DNA of 52,655 bases from Alphaproteobacteria bacterium. GTDB taxonomy: Bacteria > Pseudomonadota > Alphaproteobacteria > MPNO01 > UBA830. Below are positions 21,109 to 30,073 of the stretch, piece after piece. The stretch's first letter is position 1, and each line of letters begins with the position of its first letter. The notes beneath the pieces were generated by a model. It was not told the origin of the DNA, did no database searches, and saw nothing but the letters and a program-made list of their open reading frames with translations. Both the position numbers and the translations under genes were made by a program. The stretch lies in contig JAYPTI010000003.1 of assembly GCA_038133505.1 (NCBI GenBank), positions 1 through 52,655 of the forward strand. The letters are read 5' to 3'.

Positions 21109-21465
21109 ATGACCATCGGTACGAAACTCTTCACCATGCTGAACGGCGAGCAGGTCGGCACGGACGCGCAGGGCAACCGCTATTACCGCGCCCGGCGGAC
21201 GCCGAACGGCGCGCGCGAAAAGCGCTGGGTGGTCTATACCGGCAACGTCGAGGCATCGCGCGTGCCGCCCGAGTGGCACAGCTGGCTGCATCACACGACC
21301 GATGTACTCCCGAGCGAAGCGTCGATCCGACGCTGGCCGTGGCAGAAGGAACATGTTCCCAACATGACGGGCACCGCGCAGGCCTACCGGCCGCCGGGAT
21401 CGCTGCTCGAAGGCGGCACGCGGCCGCATGCCACCGGCGACTACGAGCCGTGGCAGCCGTCCTGA
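21109..21465 (+). CDS. NADH:ubiquinone oxidoreductase subunit NDUFA12-like protein
   Basis: GNRYY...RWVVY...VPPEWHSWLHHT signature of the NDUFA12 family. Confidence 0.88.
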   Translation: MTIGTKLFTMLNGEQVGTDAQGNRYYRARRTPNGAREKRWVVYTGNVEASRVPPEWHSWLHHTTDVLPSEASIRRWPWQKEHVPNMTGTAQAYRPPGSLLEGGTRPHATGDYEPWQPS

Positions 21466-21493
21466 ACATTCGTTTCCGCGAGGGGCTGGGCGC

Positions 21494-21955
21494 ATGCGCA
21501 GAAATCTGATCGAGACCGTCATGGGCGCGGTGGTGCTGGTCGTCGCCGCGCTGTTTATCGTGTTCGCCTACAGCAAGGCCGAGGTGGGCGCGGTCGACGG
21601 CTACACGATCAAGGCCAAGTTCGACCGCATCGACGGGATCCGCCCCGGCACGGACGTCCGGATGAGCGGCATCAAGGTCGGCACCGTGACGTCGTCCGAG
21701 CTCGACCCCAAGACCTATCTGGCGGTCGTCCGCATGTCGATCCGGACCGACGTGAAGGTTCCCGAGGACACGTCGATCGCCGTCTCGGCGGACGGGCTTC
21801 TCGGCGACAAGTTCCTGGCCCTGTCGCCCGGCGGCGCGGAAGACATGCTGCCCGACGGCGGCGAGATCACGACCACGCAGGGTTCCATCGACCTGATGAG
21901 TATCATCGGTCAGTTGATCTTCAGCCAGACCGGCAAGGATGACGAGAAGAAGTAG
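21494..21955 (+). CDS. mlaD: MlaD-like single MCE-domain protein
   Basis: ATG at 21494. N-terminal TM segment (IETVMGAVVLVVAALFIVFAY), then an MCE domain (GIRPGTDVRMSGIKVGTV). Confidence 0.85.
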   Translation: MRRNLIETVMGAVVLVVAALFIVFAYSKAEVGAVDGYTIKAKFDRIDGIRPGTDVRMSGIKVGTVTSSELDPKTYLAVVRMSIRTDVKVPEDTSIAVSADGLLGDKFLALSPGGAEDMLPDGGEITTTQGSIDLMSIIGQLIFSQTGKDDEKK

Positions 21956-22721
21956 CGGCGAGGCCGCACCCGTCCAGCACTGGGATTCGGACCGCTACGC
22001 GCGAAACGCCCGTTTCGTGGCCGATCTCGGCGAACCGCTGATAGAACTTCTGGCGCCTGTCGCCGGCGAGCGCATCCTCGATCTCGGATGCGGCGACGGC
22101 GCGCTCACCGTGAAGCTCAAGGACGCAGGCTGCGAGGTCGTCGCGGTCGATGCGTCCGCCGAGCAGATCGACGCCGCCCGGGCGCTCGGCCTCGACGCGC
22201 ATGTCGTCGACGGCCACGTGCTGCCCTACGACGCCGAGTTCGATGCGATCCTGTCCAATGCCGCGCTTCACTGGATGAAGCGGCCGGACGAGGTAATCGC
22301 CGGCATGTGGCGTGCGCTGAAGCCCGGGGGCCGGGTCGCGGCGGAGATGGGCGGCGGCGGAAACGTCGAGATCATCCGCACGAACCTGATTGCCGCGCTG
22401 GACCGCCGCGGCCTCGACGGCGCCGGCGCCAGCCCGTGGTATTTCCCGCCCGCGGACGAGTATCGCGCGCGCCTCGAAAAAGCCGGATTCGACGTGTCCT
22501 ATATCGAGCTTATTCCACGGCCGACGCCGTTGCCGGGCGAACTTGCCGACTGGCTGTGGACGTTCGGCGAATCTTTCCTGCTGCGCGTTCCGGAAGCGGA
22601 GCGGCCGGCCGTCATAGGGGAAGTCGTCGAGGCAGCGCGGCCGCATTTGCAGAAGCCTGGTGGAAACTGGGTCGCGGATTACGTTCGTTTGCGGTTTTCC
22701 GCGCGCAAGCCGGGACCGTAA
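21939..22721 (+). CDS. class I SAM-dependent methyltransferase (Tam-like)
   Basis: ILDLGCGDG SAM-binding motif. Overlaps the mlaD 3' end by 17 nt. Confidence 0.82.
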   Translation: MTRRSSGEAAPVQHWDSDRYARNARFVADLGEPLIELLAPVAGERILDLGCGDGALTVKLKDAGCEVVAVDASAEQIDAARALGLDAHVVDGHVLPYDAEFDAILSNAALHWMKRPDEVIAGMWRALKPGGRVAAEMGGGGNVEIIRTNLIAALDRRGLDGAGASPWYFPPADEYRARLEKAGFDVSYIELIPRPTPLPGELADWLWTFGESFLLRVPEAERPAVIGEVVEAARPHLQKPGGNWVADYVRLRFSARKPGP

Positions 22722-22737
22722 CGCGGGAGCTTTTCCG

Positions 22738-23112
22738 ATGCGCCTGTTGCGCGTTCTTCTACTTCTGGCCCTTTCCGCGAGCGCCTCGTCCGCGTCGGGG
22801 GAACTCGACGTCGCGGTGCTCCAGGGGCTCGATAAGATCACGGCGCGGATCACCACGATCGAGGCGCCGCTGGGACAGGCCGTCAAATTCGGCACGCTCC
22901 GGATCGTCGCGCGCCGGTGCGTGACGCGCCCGCCCGAAGAGCCTCCGGAATCGACCGCGTACCTCGAAATCAGCGAGAAACGGCAGGGCGAGCAGGAACG
23001 GCAGATCTTCGCCGGCTGGATGTTCGCCTCCAGCCCCGCCATCTCCTCGATGGAGCATCCGGTCTACGACGTCTGGGTGATATCCTGCAGGAAGGCCTCG
23101 AGCTCTTCCTGA
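22738..23112 (+). CDS. DUF2155 domain-containing exported protein
   Basis: ATG at 22738. Signal peptide [19 protein letters not shown], then [14 protein letters not shown]...EHPVYDVWV typical of DUF2155. Confidence 0.8.
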   Translation: MRLLRVLLLLALSASASSASGELDVAVLQGLDKITARITTIEAPLGQAVKFGTLRIVARRCVTRPPEEPPESTAYLEISEKRQGEQERQIFAGWMFASSPAISSMEHPVYDVWVISCRKASSSS

Positions 23113-23714
23113 GTTAGCTCGGCCGGAAAGGCGGCGGAGACGTCGAGCGCATCCGACAGTTTCTGCCGGTATCCGCCGCGCGGTATCTCGACGACGCCGA
23201 ATTGCGAGAGATGTTCGGTGACGAACTGCGTGTCGAGCAATTTGTATCCGCCCTTGCGCAACCGGGCCACGAGATGGACGAGGGCGACCTTGCTGGCGTC
23301 GTTCGCCGTCGAGAACATGCTCTCACCGAAGAAGGCGGCGCCGAGAGAGACACCGTAAAGGCCGCCGACCAGTTCGCCGTCCAGCCAGGCCTCGACGCTG
23401 TGCGCGCGGCCCAGCTCGAACAGGTCCGTGTACAGCGCGACGATCTCGTCGTTGATCCAGCTTTCGTCCCGCTTCGGTCCAGGCGCGGCGCAGGCGCGGA
23501 TGACCTGTTCGAAGGCGCTGTCGCAGCGGATCTCGAAGACGTTCCGGCGCACCGTCCGGCGCAGCCGCCGCGGAATGTGGAAGCCGCGCAACGGCAGAAT
23601 TCCGCGCTTCTCCGGATCGATCCAGTAGAGCGTCGGGTCGTCCCGATGCTCGGCCATCGGAAACAGGCCGACCGCGTAGGCGCGAAGCAGAATTTCGGGC
23701 GTCAGGTTGCTCAT
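23064..23714 (-). CDS. aat: leucyl/phenylalanyl-tRNA--protein transferase
   Basis: ATG at 23714 ([22 protein letters not shown]). [10 protein letters not shown] and GESMFS motifs. Confidence 0.92.
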   Translation of the reverse strand: MSNLTPEILLRAYAVGLFPMAEHRDDPTLYWIDPEKRGILPLRGFHIPRRLRRTVRRNVFEIRCDSAFEQVIRACAAPGPKRDESWINDEIVALYTDLFELGRAHSVEAWLDGELVGGLYGVSLGAAFFGESMFSTANDASKVALVHLVARLRKGGYKLLDTQFVTEHLSQFGVVEIPRGGYRQKLSDALDVSAAFPAELTQEELEAFLQDITQTS

Positions 23715-23743
23715 CGGCGTCTCCGGGCCCTCCGGCCCGTCGG

Positions 23744-25096
23744 TCAGCGACCCGCTTCGTCTCCCGCGACGAAACGTTCCAGCCAATGAATATCATAATC
23801 GCCGTTTACGAAATTGGAATCCTCGACGATCCGCTGATGCAGCGGGATGGTCGTCTCTATACCGCCGATGACGTACTCTTCCAGCGACCGCCGCAGGCGC
23901 ATCAGGCACTCGTTGCGGTTCCGCCCGTGCACGATCAGCTTGGCGACGAGGCTGTCGTAGTAGGGCGGGATCACGTAGCCCGAATAGAGGCCGGAATCCA
24001 CGCGCACGTCGAGGCCCCCGGGCGGGTGGTACTCGGTGACCCGGCCGGGAGACGGAACGAATGTCTCTGGGTGTTCCGCAGTTATGCGGCATTCGATCGC
24101 GTGGCCCGAAAAGGCGATGTCGGACTGTTCGAACGACAGCTTCGAGCCGGCCGCGACCCGGATCTGCTCGCGCACCATGTCGATGCCCGTGATCATTTCG
24201 GTCACCGGGTGTTCGACCTGCAATCGCGTATTCATCTCGATGAAGTAGAACTCGCCGTTTTCGTAAAGGAACTCGATGGTTCCCGCATTCCGGTATCCCA
24301 TCGCCCGCACGGCAGAAGACGCAATCTGTCCGATTTTCTCGCGTTCCGCGTCGTTCAGCGCAGGGGACCGAGCTTCTTCCAGCACCTTCTGGTGACGGCG
24401 CTGCAGCGAGCAGTCGCGCTCGCCGAGATGCACGGCGCCGCCCTGTCCGTCGCCGAAAACCTGCACCTCGATGTGGCGGGGCTTCTCGAGATATTTCTCC
24501 AGGTAGACGGTGTCGTCGCGGAAGCTCGCCTTTGCCTCCGTCCGCGCCATCGTATAGGCGGATTCGACCTCGGCGGCACTGCGGACGACCTGCATGCCGC
24601 GCCCGCCGCCGCCGCCGGCCGCCTTGATCAGGACCGGATAGCCGATCCGGTCGGCCACGCTTCGCGCCTCAGCCGGGCTGTCGAGCGCGCCCTCGGAGCC
24701 CGGCACGACCGGCACGCCGTTTTCCTGAACGGCCCTCTTGGCCGCGACCTTGTCGCCCATCAGCGCGATGTGATCCGGGGTCGGGCCGATGAACGTGAAA
24801 CCGTGCTCTTCCAGGATGGAGGCGAAGCTTGCGTCCTCCGACAGGAATCCGTAACCCGGATGAACCGCATCGGCGCCGACGATCGTCGCGGCCGACACGA
24901 TGGCGGGAATGTTCAGATAGCTGTCCTTGGCGGCCGGCGGTCCGAGGCAGACGCTTTCGTCGGCAAGCCGGACGTGCATCGCGTCGGCGTCGGCGGTGGA
25001 ATGGACCGCGACCGTGGCGATGCCCATCTCGCGGCACGCGCGATGGATGCGCAGCGCGATCTCTCCCCGATTTGCGATCAGGACCTTTTCGAACAT
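23744..25096 (-). CDS. accC: acetyl-CoA carboxylase biotin carboxylase subunit
   Basis: [21 protein letters not shown] start and ATP-grasp fold; 450 aa. Confidence 0.97.
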   Translation of the reverse strand: MFEKVLIANRGEIALRIHRACREMGIATVAVHSTADADAMHVRLADESVCLGPPAAKDSYLNIPAIVSAATIVGADAVHPGYGFLSEDASFASILEEHGFTFIGPTPDHIALMGDKVAAKRAVQENGVPVVPGSEGALDSPAEARSVADRIGYPVLIKAAGGGGGRGMQVVRSAAEVESAYTMARTEAKASFRDDTVYLEKYLEKPRHIEVQVFGDGQGGAVHLGERDCSLQRRHQKVLEEARSPALNDAEREKIGQIASSAVRAMGYRNAGTIEFLYENGEFYFIEMNTRLQVEHPVTEMITGIDMVREQIRVAAGSKLSFEQSDIAFSGHAIECRITAEHPETFVPSPGRVTEYHPPGGLDVRVDSGLYSGYVIPPYYDSLVAKLIVHGRNRNECLMRLRRSLEEYVIGGIETTIPLHQRIVEDSNFVNGDYDIHWLERFVAGDEAGR

Positions 25097-25125
25097 TCCG
25101 CCGGACCTTCGGGGCGCCTTTCGCG

Positions 25126-25581
25126 CTACTCGATGACCATCAGCTCTTCGCCGAATTCGACCGGTGTCGAATCCGAGACCAGAATCTGAACGATTTTCCC
25201 TGCGCGCGGCGCGCGCACCGGATTGTAAGTCTTCATCGCCTCGATCAGCAGGATCGTCTGGCCCTCGGAGACGGTATCGCCGGGCTTGACGAATGCTTCC
25301 GCGCCCGGCTCCGGCGACAGATAGACGGTGCCGACCATCGGCGAGGTGACGACGGTGCCGTTGGCGGCCGCAGACGTCTTTTCCGACGTATCGCCGCCGG
25401 ATGCGGCAGGTGCGGCGGCCGGCGCCTCGACGACGGGGGCGGCGACGACGGCGCCCGTCTGCCGCGCGATCCTTATCCGTCTGCCGTTGCTCTCGTACTC
25501 GATTTCGCTCAGTCCGGTCTCGCCGAGAAGTTCCGCCAGCTTGCGGACGAGTTCCGGGTCGACGTCGAAATTGCTGGGCAT
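25126..25581 (-). CDS. accB: acetyl-CoA carboxylase biotin carboxyl carrier protein
   Basis: The ATG at 25581 overlaps the aroQ stop. Ala/Pro linker and biotinylation motif IEAMKT. Confidence 0.93.
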   Translation of the reverse strand: MPSNFDVDPELVRKLAELLGETGLSEIEYESNGRRIRIARQTGAVVAAPVVEAPAAAPAASGGDTSEKTSAAANGTVVTSPMVGTVYLSPEPGAEAFVKPGDTVSEGQTILLIEAMKTYNPVRAPRAGKIVQILVSDSTPVEFGEELMVIE

Positions 25582-26039
25582 CAGGCTCCCTCTGCCGGGT
25601 CGGTCATGCGGCAAGCCGCATCAATGGCCAGAACATAGCCGTGTGCGCCGAATCCCGAAATGATTCCCTGCGCGGCGGCGGAAATGTACGAGTGATGGCG
25701 GAACGCCTCGCGCTGGAAGATGTTCGAGATGTGGATTTCGACGACCGGCTTACCGAAGACGAGGAGGGCGTCCATGATTGCGACCGACGTATGGGTGAAG
25801 GCGGCGGGGTTGATGACGATGGCGTCCGCGGTTTCGCGGGCTTCCTGTATCCAGCCGACCAGCTCGGATTCGCTGTTGCTCTGACGGAAATCGATTTCGG
25901 CGCCGGCGGACGCGGCGTGCGCCTCGCACATCGCGCGGATGTCGTCGAGAGTCTGGTGGCCGTAGATCTCCGGCTCTCGCACCCCGAGCATGTTGAGGTT
26001 CGGCCCGTTCAATATCAGCAGTCTTACGGAATCGGCCAC
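25581..26039 (-). CDS. aroQ: type II 3-dehydroquinate dehydratase
   Basis: [12 protein letters not shown] motif. The GTG at 26039 is chosen to give a ~152-aa protein. The listed ATG at 26126 adds 29 atypical residues, so the start is uncertain. Confidence 0.9.
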   Translation of the reverse strand: MADSVRLLILNGPNLNMLGVREPEIYGHQTLDDIRAMCEAHAASAGAEIDFRQSNSESELVGWIQEARETADAIVINPAAFTHTSVAIMDALLVFGKPVVEIHISNIFQREAFRHHSYISAAAQGIISGFGAHGYVLAIDAACRMTDPAEGA

Positions 26040-26176
26040 GGCGACACCTTGAAAATGTGCTCCTACAGCAGTACCGCAATCGGACTCGGTTCGGCAACGG
26101 GCCAAAAACCGCCGTTTTCTCGGCATCCGGCGAAAACGATTCGGTTCACCCGAAATCCGTATTCGGCGGCGCTTTA

Positions 26177-26187
26177 TCCGTTTGTAA
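26177..26187. repeat. copy 1 of shared 11-mer tccgtttgtaa (53 nt upstream of the PAS-like gene)
   Basis: Exact 11-nt identity with 27217..27227; 13 of 14 positions match when extended in the 5' direction. Confidence 0.6.
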
Positions 26188-26239
26188 TGAAAGGTTGAAT
26201 TTTACCGGACTTTAACCTTATTGCCGCAGTTTTCGCAGC

Positions 26240-26725
26240 ATGGATACCTTGAACAAACCTTCCGAGAATTCCGACGCGCCGCAGGGTATGGAGCGCCGGA
26301 TGGTTCTGCGCCTTCTGGCGCGGTGGTGTCAGTGGCAGGACGACGACGATTTTCCGTCCTTCAGCTGCGTCGATCCGGAAGAGATCGAGGATATGTGGCC
26401 GTATTGCTTCGTGCTCGACTTCCTGGGCTACGAAGAAGACCCCGTCGTCCGCATGGTCGGCGACGCGCTCGCCGACTACATGCCGTACGACGGGGTCAAC
26501 AACCGGCTTTCGGACCTTCCGGCGGGAACGCTGGTCGAACATGCGGCCGCGTACTATCCGGAAATCCTCCACCGCGGCGTGCCGATTTCGCGCGGCGGGG
26601 AGTTCAAGAAATACGACGGCAAGAAGGTGCTTTATCGCAGCATCATCCTGCCGATGAGCGATGACGGACGGACGATCTCCGGTCTTCTCGGCGCCGCGAA
26701 CTGCCGGGAAGTCAGCGGGGAATAG
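26240..26725 (+). CDS. PAS_5/DUF1457-like PAS-fold protein
   Basis: 161 aa. The pattern FSCVDPEEI...VRMVGDAL...YRSIILPMSDDGRTISGLLGA resembles the alphaproteobacterial PAS_5 family. GC3-rich codon usage. Confidence 0.65.
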   Translation: MDTLNKPSENSDAPQGMERRMVLRLLARWCQWQDDDDFPSFSCVDPEEIEDMWPYCFVLDFLGYEEDPVVRMVGDALADYMPYDGVNNRLSDLPAGTLVEHAAAYYPEILHRGVPISRGGEFKKYDGKKVLYRSIILPMSDDGRTISGLLGAANCREVSGE

Positions 26726-26755
26726 GACCGGCAAGAGGGGACCCGGGACACAGTC

Positions 26756-27193
26756 ATGTCGGATATGAAGGCATTCGAGATCCACACTTACCAAAGCGGT
26801 AAGTGGAAGATCGATTCCGTTTTCGACGATCGCGACCTCGCGATGTTCGAGGCGAGCCGCATGGACGAGAGCGGCCGGTATTCCGGCGTGCGCGTCATCG
26901 AGGAAATCTTCGTCGAACAGACCCAGCAGACCCGGACCCGGACGATCTTCCGCGGCAGCAAGGTCGAGGCGAACAACGCTGCCGAACTGCGCAAGTCCAA
27001 GCAGGCCCGCCAGCAGGCGCAGCAGAATCGCGCGCAGCGCCAGAAGGAAGAAATCGTCCGCCGCCAACACGCCCATAAACGCGCGATCCGGAAGAAGTCC
27101 AGCCCGGTCAGGCTGTTCTATATCAGCCTGTTCATCCTGGCGCTCGCGGGCGGAATGATGTACGGCCTGTATCATCTGCAGACCGGGCTCTGA
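26756..27193 (+). CDS. hypothetical tail-anchored protein (globular N-domain, K/R/Q-rich helix, C-terminal TM)
   Basis: 145 aa with GC3-rich codon usage. C-terminal hydrophobic segment LFYISLFILALAGGMMYGLY. No recognisable domain. Confidence 0.55.
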   Translation: MSDMKAFEIHTYQSGKWKIDSVFDDRDLAMFEASRMDESGRYSGVRVIEEIFVEQTQQTRTRTIFRGSKVEANNAAELRKSKQARQQAQQNRAQRQKEEIVRRQHAHKRAIRKKSSPVRLFYISLFILALAGGMMYGLYHLQTGL

Positions 27194-27299
27194 GTTTTTT
27201 CGCGCCGGGTCTATTTTCCGTTTGTAACGCCGGGCGCTTGGGACTAAAACGCGCCACCCTGAAAATGCCGCGATCGTGCGGCGGGGTGGAGCAAGCGAA
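27194..27299 (+). promoter_or_regulatory. structured 5' leader of ornithine decarboxylase (candidate speF-type cis-regulatory RNA)
   Basis: Nested helices ccaccc(27254-59)/gggtgg(27284-89) and gccgc(27267-71)/gcggc(27278-82). The outer helix covers the first G of the ggag RBS and the bases just upstream of it. Carries 11-mer copy 2 at 27217-27227. Confidence 0.35.
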
Positions 27300-28430
27300 A
27301 TGACCGAGAAAATCCGCCGATTTTTGGAAGAACGCCGACCCGAGACGCCGTGTCTGGTCGTCGATCTCGACGTGGTGTCCGAGAATTACCGGGCGCTCTC
27401 GCAGGCGCTTCCCCACGCCGACATTTTCTATGCGGTGAAGGCCAACCCGGCCCGCGAAATCCTTTCCATGCTGATGGGGATGGGCTCGCACTTCGATGCG
27501 GCGAGCATCTACGAAGTCGAACATTGCCTCGACCTCGGCGTATCGCCGGACCGGGTCAGTTTCGGCAATACCGTCAAGAAGGAGCGGGATATCGCGCGGG
27601 CCTTCGAGCAGGGCATCCAGCTCTATGCGTTCGACAGCCGCGCCGAGCTCGACAAGCTTGCCGCTGCGGCACCCGGCGCACGCGTCTTCTGTCGGATCTT
27701 CATGGACGGCGTCGGCTCCGACTGGCCGCTGTCCCGCAAGTTCGGCTGCGAGCCGGATATGGCGATCGAGCTTTTGTCGGAAGCGGGCGAAAAAGGCCTG
27801 AACCCGATCGGAGTGTCGTTCCACGTCGGCTCTCAGCAGCGCGACCTCACCCAATACGATGTCGCCGTCGGACGCGCGGCGACGATCTTCAGCGATCTCG
27901 GTGCCCGGGGCATCAAGCTCGAGATGATGAATATCGGCGGCGGTTTTCCCGCTCGCTACCGCAACGATATCGAGCCGGTCGCGGCCTACGGCGAGGCGAT
28001 CCGCGCCGCCGTGGTTAAGTATTTCGGCAACCGCCCGCCGCGCATCGTGGCGGAACCCGGCCGGAGCATTGCCGGCGACGCGGGTATCCTGCAGACGGAA
28101 GTCGTCCTTGTCGCGGAGAAATCGCGCGGTCCGGGCAAGCGGTGGGTTTTCCTCGACGTCGGCAAGTTCGGCGGGCTGCCCGAAACGCACGAAGAGTCCA
28201 TCCAGTACCGGATCACCACGCCGCACGACGGCGGGGCGGTCGGCCCCGTCGTGATCGCCGGTCCCACCTGCGACGAAGTCGACGTGCTCTACAAGGAAGC
28301 GGACTACCAGCTTCCGATGGCGCTGCAGGCCGGGGACAAGATCGAGTTCCTGTCGACCGGCGCCTACACGGCGACCTACGCGTCGATCGGCTTCAACGGC
28401 TTCCCGCCGCTCAACGAATATTACATCTGA
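27300..28430 (+). CDS. ornithine/lysine decarboxylase (fold-type III PLP, eukaryote-like ODC)
   Basis: ATG at 27300 follows ggag. PLP-Lys motif FYAVKANP. GGGF and EPGR motifs. Confidence 0.92.
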   Translation: MTEKIRRFLEERRPETPCLVVDLDVVSENYRALSQALPHADIFYAVKANPAREILSMLMGMGSHFDAASIYEVEHCLDLGVSPDRVSFGNTVKKERDIARAFEQGIQLYAFDSRAELDKLAAAAPGARVFCRIFMDGVGSDWPLSRKFGCEPDMAIELLSEAGEKGLNPIGVSFHVGSQQRDLTQYDVAVGRAATIFSDLGARGIKLEMMNIGGGFPARYRNDIEPVAAYGEAIRAAVVKYFGNRPPRIVAEPGRSIAGDAGILQTEVVLVAEKSRGPGKRWVFLDVGKFGGLPETHEESIQYRITTPHDGGAVGPVVIAGPTCDEVDVLYKEADYQLPMALQAGDKIEFLSTGAYTATYASIGFNGFPPLNEYYI

Positions 28431-28452
28431 GCAGGCCTCAATTCGGGCGGAT

Positions 28453-28523
28453 CCGGCCCGCTCCCTCATCCGGCCACGCGCGCTGTTGCTCGCGTCGGGC
28501 GGCCCGAAGAGGGAGCGGGCCGG
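28453..28523. repeat. perfect 15-bp inverted repeat with 41-nt spacer downstream of the decarboxylase
   Basis: ccggcccgctccctc (28453-67) and gagggagcgggccgg (28509-23) are exact reverse complements. Confidence 0.7.
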
Positions 28524-28618
28524 CGCCGGATAAATGCGTTCCGCGCCCGGCTGGATCGCCTGCGCGCCTCCCCTTACACTGCCGCCAACGCAGCAATTCG
28601 GGATCGAAGGGGAGCACA

Positions 28619-29254
28619 ATGAAACTCTATGGATTTTCGCGGTCGTCGGCGGCTTTTCGCGTCCGCATCGCCCTGAACCTCAAGGGCTTGTCCTGGGACC
28701 ACGTCAATATCAGCCTGCCGGGCGGCGATCAGTTCGGCGAGGATTACCTGAAGGTCAATCCGCAGGCGCGCGTGCCGACGCTGATCGACGGCGACGCGTC
28801 GCTGTTCCAGTCGATGGCGATCCTCGAGTATCTCGACGAGACGCACCCCGAGCCGGCTTTCCTGCCCGCCGATCCGGTCGCGCGCGCACGGGTTCGCGGT
28901 CTCGCGGACATCATCGCCTGCGATATCCATCCGCTGAACAATCTCGCGGTGCTGAAGTTCCTGTCGAAGCCCATCGGCGCCGACAAGGAGGCGATCGAGA
29001 AGGTCTGGTATCCGCACTGGATCGCGGAGGGTTTAAAGGCGCTGGAAGCGCATCTCGCCCGGGATTCGGAAACCGGCACGTTCGCGCACGGCGATGCGCC
29101 GGGCCTGGTCGACATCTGCATCGTGCCGCAGGTGTTCAACGCCCAGCGCTACGAATGCGACCTCGCGCCGTTCCCGACGATCATGCGGATTTTCGACGCG
29201 TGCATGGCGCTCGACGCGTTCGACGCCGCGCAGCCGTCCAAGCAACCGGATTGA
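28619..29254 (+). CDS. maiA: maleylacetoacetate isomerase (GST zeta class)
   Basis: ATG at 28619 follows aaggggag. MKLYGFSRSSAAFRVRIALNLKG signature. Confidence 0.9.
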   Translation: MKLYGFSRSSAAFRVRIALNLKGLSWDHVNISLPGGDQFGEDYLKVNPQARVPTLIDGDASLFQSMAILEYLDETHPEPAFLPADPVARARVRGLADIIACDIHPLNNLAVLKFLSKPIGADKEAIEKVWYPHWIAEGLKALEAHLARDSETGTFAHGDAPGLVDICIVPQVFNAQRYECDLAPFPTIMRIFDACMALDAFDAAQPSKQPD

Positions 29255-29296
29255 TTCGTCCGGAGATCGCCGCGCCTGACGGCCGATGGGCCCCGG

Positions 29297-30073
29297 TTAT
29301 TTCTTTTCCCGGATCTGCGCGACGATGGCGCGCATCGATTCAAGATCCTGGCCGCCGCGGATGAGACGGTCGCCGATCAGGAACGACGGCGTGCCGTTCA
29401 GCTTGAGCTTTTCCGCAAGCTCGTAGTTCCGCTGGAGGATCGCGTTGGTCTCGGCGGAGCCCATGTCCTTGCGGAGACGGTCGACATCGAGTCCGACCGT
29501 GGCCGCGATGCGGAGGATCGAGGGTTCCTCGAGGCTGGTTCGCGACTGCATCAACGCGGTGTGAAGTTCGAAATACTTCCCCTGCTTCTGCGCGGCGATC
29601 GCGGCGCGCGCGGCGATGACGGAATCGGGACCCAGGATGGGCCATTCCTTGTAGACGCGGCGGATATTCTTGTCCCCGTCGACGAGCTCTTTCACGATCG
29701 GGTGCACCCGCCGGCAGACGCCGCATCGATAATCGAAGAATTCGACGATCGTCACGTCGCCCGCCGGGTTTCCGCCGACAGGGGAGGTCGGGTCGCGGTA
29801 GATCACGTCCGTATTCGACACCACCGCCTGCCTGTCCGCCTGCTGTTCGGCAAGCTGCTTCTTCTCCCGCAGCTTGGCGATGGCCTCCATGATGATTTCG
29901 GGGTTTTCGAGGAGGTAGTCCCGGATTACCTGCTCCATCGCAGCTTTGTCGGCCGGCGAGGCGGGGCCCGCCGCGGCGGCCGGTTGGGCGAACGAGAGCG
30001 CGACTGCGCCGAGCATGCCGCAGCAGAGCGCGCGGATGCGTCGCGATAGGCCGGATCGAGCGGGGTATGACAT
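29297..30073 (-). CDS. DsbA-family periplasmic thiol:disulfide oxidoreductase
   Basis: ATG at 30073 follows aaggaacgaag. Signal peptide and active site FFDYRCGVCRR. Confidence 0.88.
   Translation of the reverse strand: MSYPARSGLSRRIRALCCGMLGAVALSFAQPAAAAGPASPADKAAMEQVIRDYLLENPEIIMEAIAKLREKKQLAEQQADRQAVVSNTDVIYRDPTSPVGGNPAGDVTIVEFFDYRCGVCRRVHPIVKELVDGDKNIRRVYKEWPILGPDSVIAARAAIAAQKQGKYFELHTALMQSRTSLEEPSILRIAATVGLDVDRLRKDMGSAETNAILQRNYELAEKLKLNGTPSFLIGDRLIRGGQDLESMRAIVAQIREKK

Noticed and set aside
26174-27175. 333-aa minus-strand ORF covering both the PAS-like and the 145-aa genes
   Set aside because: The plus-strand genes show GC3-rich codon usage, sensible composition and, for the first gene, PAS_5-like motifs. 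The antisense product is Arg/Ala/Asp/His-rich with no features.
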